Source of the DNA: Candidatus Micrarchaeota archaeon
GTDB taxonomy: Archaea > Micrarchaeota > Micrarchaeia > Micrarchaeales > CABMGC01
Direction: 5' to 3'
Assembly (NCBI GenBank): GCA_027449585.1
Contig: DAIDLJ010000003.1
Span: 1-38,026, forward strand
Length of the DNA: 38,026 bases
The translations under genes and the position numbers were made by a program. Below the pieces are notes generated by a model. The model did not search any database. It saw only the letters and a program-made list of their open reading frames with translations, and was not told the DNA's origin. Shown one piece after another: positions 27,342 through 34,642 of this stretch. The stretch's first letter is position 1; each line of letters begins with the position of its first letter.

Positions 27342-27893
27342 TTACGAACGCATTTCGGGCAGGACCTTCTTCATTGCGCTGATAGGAGGGTAGATGTAAA
27401 TCTCGTAGGTTCCCTCTGAGCCAATGCTGAGAAGCTCGTTCTTAACGGCTTCTGGGATGTCAGAAAACTCGATCTTCTCGAATCCGCGCTGGGTGAGTTC
27501 GTTGTGACCCTGGCTTACCCCGTTCTTGAGGGAGACTATTGTCGCCTTTGGGTCCGACGTGTTTATCGCATCTATTATCGCATCCTTGAGCTTTGAATTC
27601 AGGCCGTTTCCGCGGTATTCCGGAAGGACTACGGCTGCTCGGAGCTCAACCCATCCTGATTCTGGCCATTTTGAAGCTGCCTGATGGCCTATTATGTCCC
27701 CTTTTTCATTCTTGGCCACAAAACACATGCCGTGGTTTATCCATGACTTGACATCATCTTCGGTGACATGCAGGACTGCGCCGGAGCGCTTGAACTCGTC
27801 ATTTATAAGGTTCGTTACCTTCTTTGCCTCTGACATTTCTGCAGCAACTACGCTGAACTTAAAGGCGTTTTGATGCTTTAGCTGTATCCCCAT
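27342..27893 (-). CDS. GNAT-family N-acetyltransferase
   Basis: FVAKNEKGDIIGH, ELRAAVVLPEYRGNGL (acetyl-CoA motif A), RGFE. Confidence 0.88.
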   Translation of the reverse strand: MGIQLKHQNAFKFSVVAAEMSEAKKVTNLINDEFKRSGAVLHVTEDDVKSWINHGMCFVAKNEKGDIIGHQAASKWPESGWVELRAAVVLPEYRGNGLNSKLKDAIIDAINTSDPKATIVSLKNGVSQGHNELTQRGFEKIEFSDIPEAVKNELLSIGSEGTYEIYIYPPISAMKKVLPEMRS

Positions 27894-27903
27894 TTTAATC
27901 AGA

Positions 27904-27951
27904 TAAATAGTGCATTAAATCCTATATAAACATTGTGCACTATTTAGTGCA
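27904..27951. promoter_or_regulatory. Inverted-repeat operator-like sites flanking the TATA box of the GNAT gene
   Basis: TAAATAGTGCA (27904-27914) and TGCACTATTTA (27936-27946) are perfect 11-bp inverted repeats around TATATAAA. TGCACTA-TT-TAGTGCA (27936-27951) is itself a palindrome. Confidence 0.6.
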
Positions 27952-28081
27952 AATTTGACTGTAAACGTACCATATGATACAATTTATATTTGAGGAGTGC
28001 AGCAGATAACAAGGGATATGTATACGGTGATTTGTACGCAGAGCTTTTGAAGAGAAAATTTATCGGCTTGTGGGAATCGAC

Positions 28082-28420
28082 TCATTTACCGCAGACTCCT
28101 TGAGAAGGAATATACTCTTCGTATTTTGGCTCATTTCGCCTTAACCTAAGAAGCTCTGCCGTCATCTCGCTAAGGGTCAGCTGATAGCCCGGTTTTATTA
28201 CGCTCAATGAGTTAAAGACCTCACCGTCATGCGTTTCGAAAAGCACATTGTGACCTATTATCTCCCCAGTCTCATTCTTGGCCACAATGGACTTTCCATC
28301 CTTTATCGCATCCTTTATCATAGATATTGAAGCGTTAGAATAGCGCGTGGAGCGGAGAAGAACCATTATGCCCATCATGTCATTTTCTGTGCTTTTTTGT
28401 ATCGTTATGCCCTTTTGCAT
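28082..28420 (-). CDS. Truncated/degenerate GNAT-like paralogue of 27342-27893
   Basis: IVAKNETGEIIGH vs FVAKNEKGDIIGH; motif A broken (VIKPGYQLTL); 16 bp identical to the neighbour (TCATTCTTGGCCACAA). Confidence 0.62.
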   Translation of the reverse strand: MQKGITIQKSTENDMMGIMVLLRSTRYSNASISMIKDAIKDGKSIVAKNETGEIIGHNVLFETHDGEVFNSLSVIKPGYQLTLSEMTAELLRLRRNEPKYEEYIPSQGVCGK

Positions 28421-28519
28421 AGTCTTCACTGAAATGATAAGAATTATTATGATATATAAGCTTTTTGTGAGATTTTAGATTAGAATATCATATTTTATGG
28501 TATTGTATCAGGTGAAACA

Positions 28520-29113
28520 ATGACTGTATCGGACATAGTTAGGATGTACCTGAAAAACAAGCCCTACACATTGGAGGCGCTTGAAAATAGCATAGTGAAT
28601 TACAGTGCGCTTGCCAGGATAGTGCAGCGAGAGTTGCGCATAAAGAATTACCATGCGATTAAGGCGGCGCTGCGAAGGTATGCCCAGGAACTTAAGGAGA
28701 ACAGCATAAGCATAGAGAAGCATGCTACTTCCATAATAAAATCTAGCAAGATTACCATAGAGAGCGGTATAGCTGTGGTGATATCAACGTCTGATCTCGA
28801 CGTTGAGAAGAGCGGTAAGATAAAACTCAATGATTACTACATCTATCTCGTGCCCGATCCTTCTGAACTTAAGTACATAAAGAAGGGAAGGGGCACTATA
28901 AAGGTCCAGGAGAATGCATCTGCGATAACGATCCATTCAGAGGAGAGGCTTGAGGCGCTTCCGGGCTTTGTGGCATTCGTCGCTTCTTTGCTTGCTGAAC
29001 AGAACATAAACATAATAGAGTTCATATCATGCTACACCGAGACGCTGCTTGTTGTGAGCAACAGCGATGCACTAAAGAGCCATGGTCTTCTTATGGGCAT
29101 AACTGAGAAATAG
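28520..29113 (+). CDS. ACT-domain-containing protein (archaeal putative regulator)
   Basis: N-terminal V..YL..KPY..EALE..IVNYSALAR.....AIKAALRRY; C-terminal ACT PGFVAFVASLLAEQNINIIEFISCYTETLLVV. Confidence 0.85.
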   Translation: MTVSDIVRMYLKNKPYTLEALENSIVNYSALARIVQRELRIKNYHAIKAALRRYAQELKENSISIEKHATSIIKSSKITIESGIAVVISTSDLDVEKSGKIKLNDYYIYLVPDPSELKYIKKGRGTIKVQENASAITIHSEERLEALPGFVAFVASLLAEQNINIIEFISCYTETLLVVSNSDALKSHGLLMGITEK

Positions 29114-29114
29114 C

Positions 29115-30026
29115 TCACTTGTTGCTTGCCAGTATCCCGTCTATTATTCCATTCACGCCTATTCCTCCAGTGGACCTCACCACTATCCTGTGGCTCAGCA
29201 CCGGCTTTGCGAGGAAGCGTATGTCCTCCTTTGTTACCTCGGACCTTCCCTCTATGAGCGCCTTTGCCTTTGCGCACTGCAGAAATGAGATGTCGGCCCT
29301 TGGACTTGCTCCCATGACTATGTGTATGTCCTTTCTGGTCGCATCGACGAGTTTTGTGAGGTACTGGCTCGCTTCTTCAGGAAGCACTATCGACTTGGCC
29401 TTCTGCTGAAGCTCCAATATGTCTGCAATTGTAAGTATCTTCTTGGTCTCGATATGCTCCTCGGACTCCTTTATCCTGAGCATCTTCTCTTCCTCCTCCA
29501 TGGAGGGATAGGTAACCTCGATCCTCATGACAAACCTGTCAGCAAGGACCTTTGGAAGGGCCTCTGTGCCCTCGATCCTGAGTGGATTTTGCGTAGCTAT
29601 CGCCATGAAGGGCTTTGGCAGCGGAATGGACTGCCCTCCGAGCGTCACCTGTCTCTCCTCAAGAGCCTCGAGGAAGGCGCTCATGGTCCTTGGCGGCGCC
29701 CTGTTGAGTTCGTCCATTAAGAGTATGTTGGTGAAAATTGGCCCCTTGTTTAATTTTATGTCCCTGTTCTCGTCATAGTAGGCCTGCCCCACTATATCCT
29801 CTGGAACAAGATCGGGCATGCACTGTATCCTCTTGAAGTTTGCCTGCATCGTGTCTGCGAGTGCCTTGCTCATCGTAGTCTTTGCAACTCCTGGAACCCC
29901 TTCGAGGAGCACGTGGCCGTTGGCGACAAGACCTATGAACAAAAGCTCTATCACTTCGGTCTTTCCGGAGATATGCTTCTTGAGCTCCTCCTCGACCTTC
30001 TGATAGGCTTCTTTTGGATCTGCCAA
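29115..30026 (-). CDS. moxR: MoxR AAA+ ATPase (MoxR-proper type)
   Basis: GHVLLEGVPGVAKT, FKRIQC.PDL.P.DI.G, GPIFTNILLMDELNRAPP, ATQNP..EGT..LP....DRF, GASPR, VLSHR. Confidence 0.93.
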   Translation of the reverse strand: MADPKEAYQKVEEELKKHISGKTEVIELLFIGLVANGHVLLEGVPGVAKTTMSKALADTMQANFKRIQCMPDLVPEDIVGQAYYDENRDIKLNKGPIFTNILLMDELNRAPPRTMSAFLEALEERQVTLGGQSIPLPKPFMAIATQNPLRIEGTEALPKVLADRFVMRIEVTYPSMEEEEKMLRIKESEEHIETKKILTIADILELQQKAKSIVLPEEASQYLTKLVDATRKDIHIVMGASPRADISFLQCAKAKALIEGRSEVTKEDIRFLAKPVLSHRIVVRSTGGIGVNGIIDGILASNK

Positions 30027-30073
30027 TCAATCAACAATTAGATTTGTTTCTCAGTCTTTAAATAACTGCGCAG

Positions 30074-31090
30074 TTAGTTTGCAATCTTCTTGTGCACTGC
30101 GACTGGCTTTGGCTGGGCGCCTCGCTCCAGGGCAGAGAATTGATACTGCTTGAAGAGCGGCGTGAGGACATCTTTGGACTCTGAGAGCAGAACATAGTGA
30201 TAGGCGCTTAAGCCACTTTTATCGACAAGATTCTGGTTTGCACCGGCCTCCAGCAGGGTCTTGCACATCTCAACGTCCCCGCTTATTGCAGCCAGTATCA
30301 AGGCAGTGTTTCCGAGCAGGTCCTGAGCGTTTACGTTAGCCTCCTTTTTCTTGAGTATCTCCTTCATTATGTAAAGGTTCTCGTTTGATGCGGCAAGTAT
30401 TAGGGCGGTTTCCTTATGCTTGTTCTCTGCGTTTGGATCGGCATTCTTTAGTAGGAGCAACGTGGAGGTCCTGAAATCGTCTGCACGGACCGCAAGAAGC
30501 AGTGGCGTTTCTCCCTCAGCATCATACGCATTGACATTTGCTCCGGCTATTACGAGGAGCTCTGCGGTGTCAAAATAGCCTTTGTGAAGCGCAGTAAGAA
30601 GCGGGGTGTTGCCTTTGACGTTTGTGGTGTTTACGTGCGCGCCGCTCTTTATAAGAAGGTCGATCATGTCGTTGTCCCCTGTGAAGGTGGCATAGGTTAG
30701 AGGGGTGTTTCCTGCCCGGTCCTGGAAATTTACATCTGCGCCTGCATCTATGAGCATTTTTGCGACCTCTTGATTTCCACCGTTGGCCACGCGATGAAGA
30801 GGCGGACTCTCGCCTAGAAGATACGCATTTGGATCGGACCTCCTTGAAAGCAGGAGCCGGACTATCTCTGGATTCATGTTCTTTACAGTTACTGCAAATA
30901 CAAGCGGATGAAAGAACCTGTTCATAGGTCCTTTGGGGGTGTTGACAATTCCCCATAGCATCGGCTCTTCAACGTTTGCACCAAGATCAAGAGCCATCTC
31001 TGCAAGCCCTCTGTTTCCTTCCAGCAGCGCGTCGCGTAGCAGCGCGTTGCCCATTACCTTTAGGGTCTCTGGATTTGCTTCTGAGGACAT
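30074..31090 (-). CDS. Ankyrin repeat protein
   Basis: Multiple repeats of about 33 aa (GNTPLTYA...LIKSGAHVN, GNTPLLTA...GANVN, GETPLLLA, ETALILAA, GNTALILAA). Confidence 0.93.
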   Translation of the reverse strand: MSSEANPETLKVMGNALLRDALLEGNRGLAEMALDLGANVEEPMLWGIVNTPKGPMNRFFHPLVFAVTVKNMNPEIVRLLLSRRSDPNAYLLGESPPLHRVANGGNQEVAKMLIDAGADVNFQDRAGNTPLTYATFTGDNDMIDLLIKSGAHVNTTNVKGNTPLLTALHKGYFDTAELLVIAGANVNAYDAEGETPLLLAVRADDFRTSTLLLLKNADPNAENKHKETALILAASNENLYIMKEILKKKEANVNAQDLLGNTALILAAISGDVEMCKTLLEAGANQNLVDKSGLSAYHYVLLSESKDVLTPLFKQYQFSALERGAQPKPVAVHKKIAN

Positions 31091-31100
31091 TAATACACCA

Positions 31101-32096
31101 TCATATTCCGGTTACTTTCTTCTTTTTATCTGGAGCTATCTCTACCTTTCCAGGCTCGCTAGCCCTAAGAAGGCTTATCAGGTGCCTGTTGCCGCCGGCG
31201 TTTGCCAGGGATATCAGGGATTCCCATTCCTTGCCTGCATCCTTGAGCTCTGGATGCTTCTCCATCATGTAATCGAACACTTCGCAGTTGTTTGTCTTGA
31301 CTGCATACATTGCAGCATTCATACCAAAACTGTCCGTCGCATGCATGTCCGCACCGCAGTCTATTAGCGCCTTTGCTGCTGCGTTGCTTCCCTTCTGCAC
31401 TGCATAGATGAGCGGAGTTTCCATGTTGGCTCCTCTCACATCGAGACTTGCGCCATGCCTTATCAGCATCTTTGCAATCACGTCGTTGTCAAGCTGCGCT
31501 GCGTAGTGGAGCGCAGTATATCCTTCCGAATCCCTTACGTTGGCATCGACATTGTAATCCAGAAGTATTGCAAGCATTCCATCGCGGCCCTTCTTTGTAG
31601 CCTCTATTACCGGGAAGATGTTTGCCCATCCCCCCGCGTTTGGATTTGCACCGGCTTCAAGCAGTATACTCATATTCATCGATCTGTTGCTCTCTATTGT
31701 ATTCACAAGTGGCGTAGAGCCTTGGGCGTCGGGCTGGTCGAGGCTGACTCCGGGTTCGTTTGTTATGAGTTGCAGTGACCTTGGAGAGCCTTTGTATGCG
31801 GCATAGTGCACCGGGCCTGCTTCCTGAAGCGCCTGATCGAAAGTGGGATCTGCGCCGTTATCGAGCATGGCCTTTATTATCCTATGATCGATGTCAGGTA
31901 TGGTTAGGGCAATTAGTAGCGCTGGAAGGGAACGAGAAGTCTCGACTTCTCCGTTCTTTATCTTTACTGGAAAGGAGACGTTGAGCGCCGCTCCGAGCTC
32001 TATTGCAAGCTCGACCTCCTTATAACTCTTTGACTTTGTTATTGCATCAAGGAGCATATTGTTTACTAGCTCTACGAATTTTCCATCATCTTCCAT
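31101..32096 (-). CDS. Ankyrin repeat protein
   Basis: GPVHYAA, GSTPLVNT...GANPN, GYTALHYAA...HGASLD, ETPLIYAV...CGADM. Confidence 0.92.
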   Translation of the reverse strand: MEDDGKFVELVNNMLLDAITKSKSYKEVELAIELGAALNVSFPVKIKNGEVETSRSLPALLIALTIPDIDHRIIKAMLDNGADPTFDQALQEAGPVHYAAYKGSPRSLQLITNEPGVSLDQPDAQGSTPLVNTIESNRSMNMSILLEAGANPNAGGWANIFPVIEATKKGRDGMLAILLDYNVDANVRDSEGYTALHYAAQLDNDVIAKMLIRHGASLDVRGANMETPLIYAVQKGSNAAAKALIDCGADMHATDSFGMNAAMYAVKTNNCEVFDYMMEKHPELKDAGKEWESLISLANAGGNRHLISLLRASEPGKVEIAPDKKKKVTGI

Positions 32097-32125
32097 TCAT
32101 ACCCAACTTAAAGGACATTTTTCCA

Positions 32126-32149
32126 TATTTAAACGTTTACTGCAAATTT
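32126..32149 (-). promoter_or_regulatory. BRE/TATA promoter element of the ankyrin operon (copy 2 of the shared 24-mer)
   Basis: Minus strand AAATTTGCAGTAAACGTTTAAATA, ending 30 bp before ATG 32096. Confidence 0.75.
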
Positions 32150-32257
32150 TCGAACCTTGCTCTTGACTTATCAGATTGATGGCGTAGGACCGTTCCATAC
32201 AAAAGGTTTAAATTAAAGCGTTTTGCTAATATACTCAGTTAAATTTGGGGCTTTTTT

Positions 32258-32599
32258 ATGGCAGGAAAGAAGAGATCTGACACTAGGCTAGCTTCTGTAC
32301 CGGAGGTACTAAACATACTTGAAGACAGGAAGAAGGACAGTGAGTTTGGCTACGAACAGACGCTTGCGTATGAATATGCCACCAAGTTCTCGCAGGTAAA
32401 GGAGTCCGATGCCAAGAAGATGGTAAAGGAACTCGAAGAGCTTGGACTTGAAGAAAAACTTGCTCTGAAGATGGTGGAGATAATGCCGGACAATGCAAGC
32501 CTGGTAAAACTGGTTCTTGCAATGGACAAGAACAGGCAGCCTACGGATGACGATACTGTTGGGAAGATACTGGGAGTAGTGAAGAGCTACTCAAATTAA
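32258..32599 (+). CDS. rpoF: DNA-directed RNA polymerase subunit Rpo4 (F)
   Basis: SVPEV..IL..R....FGYEQ..AYEYA.KFS...A.K...EL....A.K.VEIMP; adjacent to DUF655. Confidence 0.92.
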   Translation: MAGKKRSDTRLASVPEVLNILEDRKKDSEFGYEQTLAYEYATKFSQVKESDAKKMVKELEELGLEEKLALKMVEIMPDNASLVKLVLAMDKNRQPTDDDTVGKILGVVKSYSN

Positions 32600-32617
32600 T
32601 AAATTTTGGGTGTTGGT

Positions 32618-33199
32618 ATGGTTGAGTTAGAGCAGAGAAGGGAGAATCTGGAGGAGCACGCAATAGTGCTGGACTTCCTACCTACAGGAAGATCCTCCAG
32701 TGCAAGGTCCGAGCCGCTGGTTCAGATGATAGGCGAGGAGAAGTTCACGCTGCTTGAGGCTGTTCCAAAGGTCCCGGAGATAAAGATAGGGGAGAAGGTC
32801 TACATAGGAAAAGGGGAGAGGGACAAGATCGCGATAATAAAGGGTAGGCTTGCATACAACGACCTCACCGAAGTCTCGAAGAACGAGCTCCATACGGCAA
32901 TAACGAATGTGATAAGGGGCAATGAGAAGAAGTTCGTTGGCATATTCAATAGCGCAGGTCCGCTCAACATAAGGATGCACTCGCTAGAGCTGCTGCCTGG
33001 TGTCGGCAAGAAGCATCTGGCCGCCATACTCGATGCGCGTGACGAGAAGCCTTTCGAGAGCTTCGAGGACATAGCAAAGAGGGTGGCTCTTCTGCAGGAT
33101 CCTGTCAAGCTGCTCACCGAAAGGGTAATACTTGAGCTCAAGGGAGAGTCGAGATTCTACATACTTACAAAGATGCCGGCTAGGGAGCATCAATTCTAA
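32618..33199 (+). CDS. DUF655 family putative RNA-binding protein
   Basis: EEHAIVLDFLP.G, Q.IGE..FTLLE, VYIGKG.RDKI, FN.AGP...RMHSLELLPGVGKK, PFESFEDI..RV. Confidence 0.92.
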   Translation: MVELEQRRENLEEHAIVLDFLPTGRSSSARSEPLVQMIGEEKFTLLEAVPKVPEIKIGEKVYIGKGERDKIAIIKGRLAYNDLTEVSKNELHTAITNVIRGNEKKFVGIFNSAGPLNIRMHSLELLPGVGKKHLAAILDARDEKPFESFEDIAKRVALLQDPVKLLTERVILELKGESRFYILTKMPAREHQF

Positions 33200-33229
33200 T
33201 TGTAATATTTGAAAAATTAGCAGCAGCGC

Positions 33230-33517
33230 TTAGGCCTTCTCAAGATGCGCCTGGGGCACTATTATCTTGACGGACTTTGACTTTGACGTGGGAACAAGCA
33301 CAACATAGGCGTCCCCCCTCTTCTCTATGACAGTGCCGACCCTTCCCTTGTACCTTGGATGAGGTATGTTCTTCATGTTGCCCTTTGGAAGTATCAGCGC
33401 GCGCTCGCCTATCTGGAAGTTCTTTATGAGCGTAGTTATTCCCATCCTTGAGAGTCGGTGATGCCTGGCAAGTTGCCTTGTTCTTCCGACGAAGAGACCG
33501 TGAGATCTTTGTGACAT
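33230..33517 (-). CDS. rpl21e: 50S ribosomal protein L21e (eL21)
   Basis: RSHG....RTR, F..G.R..I, PHPRYKGRVGTV..KRG.AY.V, KIIV...HL. Confidence 0.94.
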   Translation of the reverse strand: MSQRSHGLFVGRTRQLARHHRLSRMGITTLIKNFQIGERALILPKGNMKNIPHPRYKGRVGTVIEKRGDAYVVLVPTSKSKSVKIIVPQAHLEKA

Positions 33518-33613
33518 GCAAATCAGCAACGCTAATTAATCGTAATTAGCAAATACTTGTCCATATCAATATATAAATACCTTTCCAGTAGATATCTTTA
33601 AATAGTGGTAAAG

Positions 33614-33967
33614 ATGGCTAATACGAACTTTGCAAAGACCAAGTCGGGTAAGAGGGTTGAACTGAATACTAAATTCAAGATAGAAAACATAGTTGCAAGC
33701 GCAGATTTGGGGGTCGAACTTGATCTCTATGGCATAGCAAAGGCCTCGCCTGACGTCGATTACGAGCCGGAGCAGTTCCCTGGAGCCATCTGCAAGATAC
33801 ACGAGCCCAAGACCGCGCTGCTTCTCTTCAAGAATGGCAAGATAATCTGCACTGGGGCAAAAACCGAGGCAGACATCAAGAGAGCAATAGACCAGGTCAT
33901 AAAGATAGTAAAGAACTACATACTTGAGGCGAAGGAGAAGCCTGTCGAAGTGAAGGGCAAGAAGTAA
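33614..33967 (+). CDS. tbp: Single-repeat (half-size) TATA-box-binding protein
   Basis: 117 aa containing exactly one canonical TBP repeat: IENIVASADL..ELDL..IA....DYEPEQFPG..K..EPKTALLLFKNGKIICTGAKTE.DI..AI. Confidence 0.9.
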   Translation: MANTNFAKTKSGKRVELNTKFKIENIVASADLGVELDLYGIAKASPDVDYEPEQFPGAICKIHEPKTALLLFKNGKIICTGAKTEADIKRAIDQVIKIVKNYILEAKEKPVEVKGKK

Positions 33968-34591
33968 TCAGCCCTTTATTCTTTTCATTCCTGCCTTGTA
34001 CACGAAGTAGAGCACTACGGCAAAGAGGGCTAGGACTGCGAACATCACCTGGATGTTTGTTATCGAAAGTGCATAGTATCCGAATACTATCAGCGCAGTA
34101 TTCCATATGAGTGCGCCTATAAGCGAGTAGAGATAGAAGTCCTTTAGGTTCATCTTGGCAAACCCTGCCGGGAAGCTTATCAAGCCCCTTACCACTGGGA
34201 GCATCCTTGATACGAACACCGTGAATGCGCCGTTCTTTGCAAACCATCCGCTAAAAGCCTCAAGCGATGACCTATTTATTCTGAAGGTGCGCAGGTGCCT
34301 GTAAACGACGTCCTTCTCTATGAAATAGGCTATCCAATAGTCCACTGATATTCCTATGGCCGTGCCAACCATTGATGCAACTATTGCAATTATCATGTTT
34401 AGGTTTCCGGTGCGCACAAAGTGGCCTGCGAGTGGAAGTATGACCTCGCTTGGCAGGGGAAGCGACGCGGACTCAAGCGCCATAAGGACGATTATTGCCA
34501 AGTAATCGTAGAGAGACATAAAGGCACTTATCGTTGAATATGTGCCTGAGAGTATGTTCACCATCGCACTTGAGATCGATAATATCAGCAT
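33968..34591 (-). CDS. DedA family membrane protein
   Basis: LMALESASLPLPSEVILPLAG, WF.K.G...VF..R.LP.VR..IS.PAG...M....F. Confidence 0.92.
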   Translation of the reverse strand: MLILSISSAMVNILSGTYSTISAFMSLYDYLAIIVLMALESASLPLPSEVILPLAGHFVRTGNLNMIIAIVASMVGTAIGISVDYWIAYFIEKDVVYRHLRTFRINRSSLEAFSGWFAKNGAFTVFVSRMLPVVRGLISFPAGFAKMNLKDFYLYSLIGALIWNTALIVFGYYALSITNIQVMFAVLALFAVVLYFVYKAGMKRIKG

Positions 34592-34642
34592 GCAAAGACC
34601 TTATGCTCAGCAAATCTTTATATTATGTGCAATGGGCTTTGG

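Noticed and set aside
33530-34100. Half-TBP as a frameshifted or truncated pseudogene
   Set aside because: No remnant of a second repeat is visible in the flanks, which are occupied by a promoter/rpl21e and by dedA. Key residues are intact. A clean deletion cannot be fully excluded.
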